Source: Promethearchaeota archaeon
GTDB lineage: Archaea > Asgardarchaeota > Lokiarchaeia > Sigyniarchaeales > SOKP01
Assembly: GCA_016926735.1 (NCBI GenBank)
Contig: JAFGOA010000039.1
Coordinates: forward strand, 1 to 15,007
Direction: 5' to 3'
DNA length: 15,007 nt
Shown here: in pieces, positions 7,308-15,007 of the stretch
Layout of the letters: every line of letters begins with the position of its first letter
How positions within the stretch are numbered: the stretch's first letter is position 1
Position numbers and translations under genes: made by a program
Notes under the pieces: model-generated
Database searches by the model: none
Told to the model about the DNA's origin: nothing
Seen by the model: only the letters and a program-made list of their open reading frames with translations

Positions 7308-8531
7308 CTACAATTTTAAGCTAAATATTGGATTTAACTTAGCTATAATACCCCCTAAATCTAATTGTAGGGTTTTAAGAATAATATCCCTGCCACGATA
7401 TTCAAATTGAACATTATTTGGTTCTCGAATAATTTTTTTTATATTATGATCACATGATAATACAAAATAACGTTGATTTTTATATTCAATCACATCTAAT
7501 ACTTTTTTAATATCTGGAAATGAATATCCTGCTCCATGTGGTAATATATTAGCATTTTGTAGCTTATCTAATACATTAAATTTTTCTGCTCTTTCTATAA
7601 AATCTTGATTTTTGATTGTTGTTATCGATAAATTCTTTTTTCCTTCAAATAAATAAGCAGGTAAATCAGATCTCAAGACAATAGGAAATATATTTGATTC
7701 CACAGCTCTACTTTCTATATTAGTACAGCTAGATCCTAAATAAATTGTATTTAGGTTGTTTAAAAATTGATGATGTTGATTACATATTATCTTATATTCA
7801 TCCTTAAATAATTGTTTAGCGATTATTTCTCTCTTATCTCTTGAAAAATCTAAGGCTTTATTATTTAATTCCAAATATCTATCTGCTTCTTTATTTAATA
7901 AGATATATTGATCTCCTAAAATAGTAGATTCTTTTAAAGCTACATTTTTTAAATTTTTAGATTTATCAATATATATTCCCATTCCATATTTATCTCCTCG
8001 TAATTCGGGAGCAGAACCATGTATTAAAAAAATATATGGTGGGAATTCAATATCAGATAAATATTTTGTTTTAAATAGACTTATAAAATGATTACTTATC
8101 CCATAATCCCAATCTAACAAAATATCATTATGATATATTTCATTTTCTTTTGTTTCATTTATTCTCTTAATAATTGTTAAAGGGTCAATTATTTTATTCA
8201 AACCCCCTACTAATATACCACATTGATTAGGTTTTGTATTTAAGAATATTATTTTTTCTTTACCTGTTCCCCATACTATTTTTCCTCCATATCCAAATCC
8301 AGAATTCCATCTGAATGAATTCCTTGAGATTGTTTCATCAGGAGTAGAAATAAAAATAGCGTTAGGCTCAAATCCATATTTTTCTTGTATTAAATGCATT
8401 TGAGCTAATCCATATTTCATATTAATTCTGCATAATTCTGAAGTACCATCATTTAATCCTGTAGAGAAAATAAACTGAGAAGCTCTGTTTAAAAGCTCTA
8501 ATTTAGTTAGACTTTGGACTAGTTTTGCCAT
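7308..8531 (-). CDS. Divergent RtcB-fold protein (RNA 3'-phosphate/5'-OH ligase-like)
   Basis: RtcB-like motifs occur in the correct order: PD65...GFGYGG, C104-G, N147-H148-F, IH171GS, F-S-x-x-x-R helix, H254-Q, H332GAG, Y378, terminal L-x-P-x-x-x-x-K406. Confidence 0.75.
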   Translation of the reverse strand: MAKLVQSLTKLELLNRASQFIFSTGLNDGTSELCRINMKYGLAQMHLIQEKYGFEPNAIFISTPDETISRNSFRWNSGFGYGGKIVWGTGKEKIIFLNTKPNQCGILVGGLNKIIDPLTIIKRINETKENEIYHNDILLDWDYGISNHFISLFKTKYLSDIEFPPYIFLIHGSAPELRGDKYGMGIYIDKSKNLKNVALKESTILGDQYILLNKEADRYLELNNKALDFSRDKREIIAKQLFKDEYKIICNQHHQFLNNLNTIYLGSSCTNIESRAVESNIFPIVLRSDLPAYLFEGKKNLSITTIKNQDFIERAEKFNVLDKLQNANILPHGAGYSFPDIKKVLDVIEYKNQRYFVLSCDHNIKKIIREPNNVQFEYRGRDIILKTLQLDLGGIIAKLNPIFSLKL

Positions 8532-8666
8532 GATTTATTATATTATATACAAATCAAAATTATAATTAATGATATTATATATCAAATAATAGTATAAAAT
8601 ATTAATGTCTTAAAATCCAGAATTATTTAACAAACAAAAAAAAAGTATATATTTGACGCTCTAATT

Positions 8667-9290
8667 ATGAAACTTGCAAGTAAAAACATAATATTTGATT
8701 CTGTAAAGAATATTAGAACACATGGTAAGTATAATGGGTCAATAATAGTAATGTGTAAAAATGAGCATATCATACTCACAGATTCATTGAATTTTGTTGA
8801 TAATATTATTGAAATAGGTAAAGGATTGATTATTGGATTTGAAACAATGATATCTAATAAAAGAGAGGCATTTTCTTTAAGTTCTAATTTTAAATTTGAT
8901 CTAAATAATGATGCATTAGACTATTGTGTTCAAATCCCTGAAGATTTAATTGAAAAATTTGATAATGAAAGATTTTCAAATGAATTCCCGTACACCATAA
9001 ATTTACTTCATTCAGCAGGATTATTATTAAATGAAAATCAATTAAGAATTAATCATTTGGATTTCTTTAAAGGTGAGATTTTAAAAAATCCTATAGCATT
9101 GATTCATAATGGAATTTGTATTGCTGATAGAGTAGTTATTGACGAATCATCTAATCCTATTTTTTATGGAACATTAATTATTGGAAGAAACAAAAAAGAT
9201 AAATTATCTGTAAGTTATGAATCTATAGTTAATGTTATGGATAAACTCATTAAATATATTATAATTATAGGTATAGAAACAATAAAATGA
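8667..9290 (+). CDS. Hypothetical protein, 207 aa (faint resemblance to MetK/SAM-synthetase fold)
   Basis: Clean ORF with ATG start whose stop overlaps the RBS of the next gene. The function call is speculative (see findings). Confidence 0.7.
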   Translation: MKLASKNIIFDSVKNIRTHGKYNGSIIVMCKNEHIILTDSLNFVDNIIEIGKGLIIGFETMISNKREAFSLSSNFKFDLNNDALDYCVQIPEDLIEKFDNERFSNEFPYTINLLHSAGLLLNENQLRINHLDFFKGEILKNPIALIHNGICIADRVVIDESSNPIFYGTLIIGRNKKDKLSVSYESIVNVMDKLIKYIIIIGIETIK

Positions 9291-9296
9291 GGAGGT
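9290..9296 (+). promoter_or_regulatory. Strong Shine-Dalgarno AGGAGGT overlapping the upstream stop codon
   Basis: TG-AGGAGGT-AATCCAA-TTG: 7-nt spacer to TTG 9304. Supports this start and operonic coupling with 8667..9290. Confidence 0.8.
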
Positions 9297-9303
9297 AATC
9301 CAA

Positions 9304-10500
9304 TTGCTATTATGGGAAAATACAAAACTTAAATTCTTGAAATTATTTAAAATAAAAATAAATCCATTTAATAATTTTGTTGCAACAGGAGAGATTAAAG
9401 AAGAATTGGATTTTGTAAATTCCAGAAAACATTTTATGGATTCTATTTCAAAATTTATTGACGAAAATCAGAACTTTATTTTACCAATCATTGGAGATAT
9501 AGGAGTTGGAAAAACTCATTTATTTTGGGCGTTAAAAAAAAAATTGAAAGAAAAATACAATATTATATATATTTCATTGGAAAATATTTACAGAAAATTC
9601 TTTTATAATTTATATTCAGAATTTATTGAAGAATTGGGAATAGATAATATAAGAAAGATCACTCAAAAACTATGTAATAAATGGCGAGGGTTAGAAAAAA
9701 AATATGGTTTTTTTCCGATTCCAAATATAGAGAAAGCTAAGAGTAATGCTTATAGTGAATGGAAGGATGAATTTGATTCCCCCAGCGCATTAAATGATAT
9801 CATCAATGTTATTATTTCACATCAATTAGATCCATATAAAAGAATTGATGCAGAGGATTATTTATTAGGAGAACTTATGAATATTAGAGAACTTTCGATG
9901 TTAGATGTTGAAAATGATCTAAGAAATCGAAATAATGCTTTTACAATGCTAAAAGTATTAATTGAAAATTCAAAATTAGGAACGATTATTTTTATAGATG
10001 ATTTTGATAAATTAATTTCTCTAATGAAAGAAGAAGAAGAAATTGAGACATTTTTTGATTCTAGTTGGTTATATGGATCTGAAGAATCATCAGATAATAT
10101 TGTAGCAAAAAATATACTTGATAAAATAGCTAAATTACAGCATATTAAAAATTTAAAGAAAATTATTACTTTGAATTCTAAAATTTCCCTAATAGAAATA
10201 AAAAAAATATTCAGACAAGAGAATTTAGACTTATTAAATCATTTAAAAGAACCCATGTTTTTATCTGATTTTCAAGAAGATGATATTTATGGATTTTATC
10301 AATCTACAATTCAGAAATTTCTAGAATCAATTGATTCTAAAAAAACTTTAGCTAATCTTAAAAATTCCTATTACCCAATGAATGAAAATACCTTGAAGAA
10401 AATATATCATAGATCAAAAGGTAATCCTAGAGATATAATTAAAAAACTGATTAGAGAATTTAATGAAATAATATATCACGATAAATTTATTAATGATTAA
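9304..10500 (+). CDS. P-loop AAA+-type ATPase, BrxD/DUF2791-like
   Basis: N-terminal NPF, Walker A GDIGVGKT (aa 64-71), long helical insert with AEDYLLGE...EL..LDV...NAFTMLKVL, Walker B IIFIDD (aa 228-233), C-terminal lid motif SKGNPRDIIK. Confidence 0.85.
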   Translation: MLLWENTKLKFLKLFKIKINPFNNFVATGEIKEELDFVNSRKHFMDSISKFIDENQNFILPIIGDIGVGKTHLFWALKKKLKEKYNIIYISLENIYRKFFYNLYSEFIEELGIDNIRKITQKLCNKWRGLEKKYGFFPIPNIEKAKSNAYSEWKDEFDSPSALNDIINVIISHQLDPYKRIDAEDYLLGELMNIRELSMLDVENDLRNRNNAFTMLKVLIENSKLGTIIFIDDFDKLISLMKEEEEIETFFDSSWLYGSEESSDNIVAKNILDKIAKLQHIKNLKKIITLNSKISLIEIKKIFRQENLDLLNHLKEPMFLSDFQEDDIYGFYQSTIQKFLESIDSKKTLANLKNSYYPMNENTLKKIYHRSKGNPRDIIKKLIREFNEIIYHDKFIND

Positions 10501-10527
10501 AAAAAATTCTATAAATATAATTAAATA

Positions 10528-11271
10528 TCATAATACTTTTGGCAATATCTTCTGAAAAATAGCTATTTCATCTAAAAAAATGGTTTTTCTATTATCAGAC
10601 CAATTAGAATTTTTTATTCTATTTTTAAAAGCTTCTAATTTCCCAATTTCTCTAAATATTGAGATTAATATATCCCTAAAACTAATTTTATCCAACCTTT
10701 TATAAAAATTCTTATTATCTAATAAATTAAACAGTAATTTTTCACTTGTTATAACTTTATGAAGAATTCTTTTTTTTAGTTCAATTACTTCTTGATCTCT
10801 ACATTTTGATATACGTATAATATTTTTTATTGTTTTTTTATTCAATCTTGAGGCGTTTTGAAATATTTTTAAAATATTTTTAACAATTGGAACATAATCT
10901 TCTTGTAAAGAACTAGCTAATACATTTATAATTTCTTTATCTAACTGTTGATTTTTTGAAATTATTTTAAAAGATTTTGTTATTTCTCTTCTCTCCCATT
11001 TATCAGATATTTGAAATTGTTTAGTTAAAAATTGTATTAATTCATTATCAATTATTTCCAATTGGGATAATTTTCCAATTAGATAAATAAGGTTTATTTT
11101 TACATTTTTTAATTTTTCTGTCGAAAGATTACTGATTAAGTAATCTATTATATATTTTAATTCAAAGTTTGGATTTTTTGATCTTTCTATAAGAAATTTA
11201 TTTATTTCTTCACTTTTTTTCTTCACTAATGCTTTAAAATTGTTATTATTTGAAATCATTATAATCTTCAA
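10528..11271 (-). CDS. HEAT/ARM-repeat alpha-solenoid protein
   Basis: Repeated helical hairpins of ~38-40 aa: NVKINLIYLIGKL, SDKWERREITKSFKII, EDYVPIVKNILKIF, RDQEVIELKKRIL. The start may be the ATG four codons in. Confidence 0.7.
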   Translation of the reverse strand: MKIIMISNNNNFKALVKKKSEEINKFLIERSKNPNFELKYIIDYLISNLSTEKLKNVKINLIYLIGKLSQLEIIDNELIQFLTKQFQISDKWERREITKSFKIISKNQQLDKEIINVLASSLQEDYVPIVKNILKIFQNASRLNKKTIKNIIRISKCRDQEVIELKKRILHKVITSEKLLFNLLDNKNFYKRLDKISFRDILISIFREIGKLEAFKNRIKNSNWSDNRKTIFLDEIAIFQKILPKVL

Positions 11272-11308
11272 AAATTATTGTCATATGATTCTCTATTTTT
11301 CTTTTTAA

Positions 11309-11896
11309 TTATTTTGGATATCCTAAACATATAATATATAAAATTGAAAGATTTTTTGGTAAATTAAGAATTCTTTTAATTTCTATATCATTAAATGCTC
11401 CTATAGGTACTGAACCTAATCCTAAAGCTACGGCTTGTAAATGGATATTTTGAGCACAATGTCCTATCTCAAAATGCACGTATCTAATCCCCCGTTTTCC
11501 ATATATATTGCATGTTCTTGTATAATCTGCTGTTAAAATTATATTTATTGGTGCATCAATAAGATATTGTTGATTATAGGCATATTTTACTATATCATAT
11601 ATTAAATCTTTATCTGTTTTTAGTTCTAAAATATTATTTTTTATGTTATAATAAAAAAATCCTTTATTTTTATCATTGATATAAATTTCCAGAGGATATA
11701 ATGCTCCTGCGGATGGAACTGTTCTTTTTAAACAATTTCTTCCTTGAGCAGACCATAATAGTTGTGATATTTTATTTAGTTCAATTTCAGTATCTCTAAA
11801 TAATCTTATGCTTTTTCGATTATATATACATTCTTCAAGACTTTTAGTTCCCTTATAGATTGGTTTGTCTAATATAATATTCAAATTAATCTCCAT
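11309..11896 (-). CDS. SagB/ThcOx-family FMN-dependent nitroreductase/dehydrogenase
   Basis: SLEECIYNRKSIRLF, ISQLLWSAQG, RTVPSAGALYPLEIY, YGKRGIRY, EIGHCAQNIHLQAVALGLGSVPIGAFND. Confidence 0.95.
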   Translation of the reverse strand: MEINLNIILDKPIYKGTKSLEECIYNRKSIRLFRDTEIELNKISQLLWSAQGRNCLKRTVPSAGALYPLEIYINDKNKGFFYYNIKNNILELKTDKDLIYDIVKYAYNQQYLIDAPINIILTADYTRTCNIYGKRGIRYVHFEIGHCAQNIHLQAVALGLGSVPIGAFNDIEIKRILNLPKNLSILYIICLGYPK

Positions 11897-12016
11897 ATAA
11901 TCTTTACATTTAATCGATCTAAGTATAACTCGAATTTAAGACTTATTTAATAATATTTTAATATTATTTTTCAAAGAAATAGATAATTTTAATTTTAAAG
12001 TGCTAATTATTTATTC

Positions 12017-12379
12017 ATGGCAAAAATAAAAGAATTAAAAGAATTATTTAATCAATGGAATGAGCTTAATACTCACGTAGGGGATTCTTTTCAAGAATTT
12101 GATTTTCCAACACTAAGAGAATTTAGAGAGAAACAACGAAATATAGAAGATTCTATTTTTGATATCTTAAAAGAAACTGCACCTAAAGAAATAAAAGAAA
12201 TATTACCAGATAATTGTGGTGAAATGGAACTTGGTTATGATAATAATAAGAATATTTTCTATTTTTTGATGGAAGATCCAGAACAAGGAGAGGAAGAAGA
12301 TCTTAAAATATTGGCTATAACATTAGATTCCGAAAATAACATTGAAATTATTAAAAATTTTAAAAATGATATAGAATAA
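12017..12379 (+). CDS. Hypothetical small acidic protein, 120 aa
   Basis: ATG-started ORF filling the intergenic space; predicted helical N-half and beta-rich C-half; no recognised motif. Confidence 0.75.
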   Translation: MAKIKELKELFNQWNELNTHVGDSFQEFDFPTLREFREKQRNIEDSIFDILKETAPKEIKEILPDNCGEMELGYDNNKNIFYFLMEDPEQGEEEDLKILAITLDSENNIEIIKNFKNDIE

Positions 12380-12468
12380 GATCGATTTTCTTATTTTTAG
12401 AATTACTAACATTTAATTTTAAACTCTTTTATAAAAAATATGTATAAAATTATAACTAATATTAAAGT

Positions 12469-14100
12469 TTGAACGTGATCTATATTTCTACACCATCTTC
12501 ACTAAGGCAAGGCCCTAGAACAACAAATACATTAGTAAAAAAACGTTATCTGGGATTATACTTATTAATTATGATTATAGGATCTCAACCTTCTATTTGG
12601 TTATTTTGGACATATTGGCAAATTATTACTACTAGTTCAATATTATTTTATATTTTATTTCCTTTTATATTTTTCTTGGGAATTGTTATATTGCTTATAA
12701 GCTCTCTTTTAGTTTCTAAATTACTTCTGTTAATTACCAATTTTATTCACACTCCAACAGAAGGAATTTTCTATAGAAGTCGAAAAGATAAAGATTATTG
12801 TTATTGGAGTATTAGATCTGTTATAAAGAAATGGCCGATTTGGATAGCTCGTCAACTTTCGCTTCCTTTTTTTGAAATTTTAGTTTTAAAGATATTTGGA
12901 CTTAAAATTGTTGGAAAGGTATCTCTTCATGATGGATGGATCGATTCGGAATTTATTGAAATAGGAAATAATGTAAAATTGGGACAAGGAAGCATGATAT
13001 TATCAAGTATGATTATAAGAGATAAATTAATTCTAAAAAATGTTAAAATACAAGATAATGTAATAATTGGAATACATTCTGTTATATTACCAGGAACAGA
13101 GATAAAAAAAAATACAATAATTGATGCAAATTCATCAACTAAAATAGATCAAATTTTAGAATCAGATAGTATTTATCAAGGAAGCCCTTGTGAAAAAATA
13201 AACAATAAATTAGACCTATTGGAAGATAAGATCCTATTTAATGAAATATTTCAAGATGAAGATAGTAAAGATATAAAGAATGAAAAGATTGAATCAGAAG
13301 AAAATAAAGAATTGGGAATAGCATTTCATATTTATATTTCCACTGGATGGCTTATTTTTGGATTTTCTTTTTTTATTCCTTGTCTCCTCTTTTTCTCATA
13401 TTTTAATGGTTTTATAGAACCTCAATTATTACTAACACCTATTAAATTTACTTTCTTATTAGATATAAAAATAATTATTATTACATTGAGTTTACCACTT
13501 GTATTTATAGGGATTTATTTAGTTCACTTATTTTTTATTGCTTTTAACACACGATTTATTTATAGATATGCAGAAAAAAAAAGTCCTTCTCAAGGAATAT
13601 TTGATAGAAATTTGGATAAAGATGCTAAGGCATTATTTTATTATCATTTTAAATCTTTTTTATTCAAATATCCAATACATGCATTTTTAAATTCACCCTT
13701 TCCTTGGCTAATAAATTGGGAGCTTAGGTTTCTCGGATCTAATAAAATAGGGAAAGGAACAATAATTGAAGAGACTTATTTGCATAGTAATGTACATACT
13801 GGAGAAAATTGTTATCTCGGAACTTTTTCACATGTAACAAACCATGTTGTTGATGGTGTATATGGAGAAGAAAATTTAACTTACTTTGGGGTTATATTGG
13901 GAAATAATGTAACATTTGAAGCACAAACATCAGCGCTTCCTGGTACAATAATCGGAGATAATACTGGATTTATTCCCATCTGTTGTTCTATCAAATTTGA
14001 TAAAATTAATGGAGATCATATATATACCGGATTTCCTGTAAATAAAATCGATAAAAAAGATACATTTAATATATTGGGGATTGATTTAAATGGAGAATAA
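12469..14100 (+). CDS. Membrane protein with two TM + hexapeptide-repeat (left-handed beta-helix) acyltransferase-like modules
   Basis: Two repeats of [two TM helices - P-x-(E/Q)GIF - aromatic helix - (R/K)xxG-x-KI - hexapeptides such as IEIGNNVKLGQGS, ILGNNVTF, IIGDNT - Y-x-G-x-P]. Exact start uncertain (TTG). Confidence 0.85.
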   Translation: MNVIYISTPSSLRQGPRTTNTLVKKRYLGLYLLIMIIGSQPSIWLFWTYWQIITTSSILFYILFPFIFFLGIVILLISSLLVSKLLLLITNFIHTPTEGIFYRSRKDKDYCYWSIRSVIKKWPIWIARQLSLPFFEILVLKIFGLKIVGKVSLHDGWIDSEFIEIGNNVKLGQGSMILSSMIIRDKLILKNVKIQDNVIIGIHSVILPGTEIKKNTIIDANSSTKIDQILESDSIYQGSPCEKINNKLDLLEDKILFNEIFQDEDSKDIKNEKIESEENKELGIAFHIYISTGWLIFGFSFFIPCLLFFSYFNGFIEPQLLLTPIKFTFLLDIKIIIITLSLPLVFIGIYLVHLFFIAFNTRFIYRYAEKKSPSQGIFDRNLDKDAKALFYYHFKSFLFKYPIHAFLNSPFPWLINWELRFLGSNKIGKGTIIEETYLHSNVHTGENCYLGTFSHVTNHVVDGVYGEENLTYFGVILGNNVTFEAQTSALPGTIIGDNTGFIPICCSIKFDKINGDHIYTGFPVNKIDKKDTFNILGIDLNGE

Positions 14101-14971
14101 TCTCAAAAAAGAATTAATTGAAAATTCATTAGAGAAAATTGACATTTCAAGTATACCCATTACAACTAGTACTATAATCTTTCCAAAATTGGCCAATGTA
14201 TTAGTAGTTCTCCTTCATATATTGTCACTAATGATTCCTCTTACAATGATCTTAACATTTTTTAATTTTTCTCTAAAAAATGATATATTTCATTGGCGAA
14301 TATCAATTATTTTTTGCGATGTTCTATCATGGTGGAGTCTTTATCTTTTATTTAGTTTAACTTTTGGTAAATTATTACTTATACTTTTATCTTTAATTCA
14401 AATTCCAAAAGAAGGTCTTTTTGAAATCAATTTTAAAAATCGAGATTATTATTTTTACTGTTTGAGATTATCAATAAAAAGGTTTATTTTTTGGATTTGG
14501 AATAATTTTTGTTTTCCTTGGGTTGCTAATTTTGCATTTAAGATATGCGAAATTAGAGCAGATTTTAAATCGACTCTCTTTGATGGATGGTCTGATGTAG
14601 AATTTATTTATTACGGTAATAATATCATGCTTGGTCAAGGTGCTGTAGTATCTTCTTGTATCATCATTGACAATTATTTGTTGATTAAAAAAGTTCATAT
14701 TGGTGATCATGTCGTTTTAGGTGGAAATTGCATTATTGCGCCAGGAACTATAGTTGGTAAAAACTGTACTGTAGGTGTTCATGCTGTAACTCATATAAAT
14801 CAAAAATTAGAATCAAATTGGATTTATATCGGAAGACCAGCTAGAAAATATAAACATATCGAAAAAGATAAAAAAAAGGATAATGATACAATCCATAGAA
14901 GAATTGTTGATAGTGGGAAGAAGGTTCCTTTTAATATAACTCTATACAGAAAAGATGAAGAACAACCTTGA
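14090..14971 (+). CDS. Membrane protein with one TM + hexapeptide-repeat module, paralogue of the upstream gene
   Basis: PKEGLF, DGWSDVEFIYYGNNIMLGQG (cf. DGWIDSEFIEIGNNVKLGQG upstream), VHIGDHVVLGGNCIIAPGTIVGKN, YIGRPA. Overlaps the upstream gene by 11 nt (ATGGAGAATAA). Confidence 0.88.
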   Translation: MENNLKKELIENSLEKIDISSIPITTSTIIFPKLANVLVVLLHILSLMIPLTMILTFFNFSLKNDIFHWRISIIFCDVLSWWSLYLLFSLTFGKLLLILLSLIQIPKEGLFEINFKNRDYYFYCLRLSIKRFIFWIWNNFCFPWVANFAFKICEIRADFKSTLFDGWSDVEFIYYGNNIMLGQGAVVSSCIIIDNYLLIKKVHIGDHVVLGGNCIIAPGTIVGKNCTVGVHAVTHINQKLESNWIYIGRPARKYKHIEKDKKKDNDTIHRRIVDSGKKVPFNITLYRKDEEQP

Positions 14972-14972
14972 A

Positions 14973-14989
14973 TTTCTTTCTCTTTTTTT
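14973..14989 (+). terminator. Oligo-T/pyrimidine tract, candidate archaeal terminator
   Basis: TTTCTTTCTCTTTTTTT directly after stop 14971. An A-run at the window end could serve the opposite strand. Confidence 0.45.
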
Positions 14990-15007
14990 ACAAAATTTAA
15001 AAAAAAA

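Noticed and set aside
9244-9254. 11-nt match (AACTCATTAAA) to the putative TnpB guide
   Set aside because: Short, AT-rich and mismatched at the first guide positions; expected by chance, so not evidence of self-targeting or regulation.
9304-10500. Complete BREX system, or Cdc6/Orc1 with a replication origin
   Set aside because: No other BREX genes; no C-terminal winged-helix extension after the GNPR lid and no ORB-like repeats seen.
11309-11896. SagB-type dehydrogenase as sign of an azole RiPP cluster
   Set aside because: No YcaO, E1-like protein or Cys/Ser/Thr-rich precursor nearby; stand-alone members are common in archaea.
14471-14710. 79-aa - strand ORF
   Set aside because: Antisense within the beta-helix gene; no independent support.

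Overview
Very AT-rich prokaryotic DNA. Gene content (vWA-RING protein, HEAT-repeat protein, giant acidic membrane-anchored surface protein, GGTGAT/AGGAGGT ribosome-binding sites, frequent TTG starts) suggests an Asgard archaeon, probably Lokiarchaeia; this is inference only. The window opens inside the right end of an IS200/IS605-family element (tnpB 3' tail, omega/reRNA hairpins, GAAT...TCAA end). Eleven credible genes follow: a 1366-aa surface glycoprotein, an M20 (ArgE/DapE) hydrolase, a vWA + tandem C4HC3 RING protein resembling TFIIH p44/Ssl1 and Rpn10, a strongly divergent RtcB-fold protein, a two-gene operon (hypothetical with faint MetK-like motifs plus a BrxD/DUF2791-like P-loop ATPase), a HEAT-repeat protein, a SagB-type nitroreductase, a small acidic protein, and two overlapping membrane genes. 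Those last two together supply three TM + left-handed beta-helix modules, like a split C-terminal region of poly-lysine synthetase (Pls). The best candidates for new biology are the p44-like vWA-RING protein, the divergent RtcB, the split Pls-like pair and the MetK-like/ATPase operon. All family assignments come from motifs recognised by eye and reference sequences recalled from memory; no searches were run.
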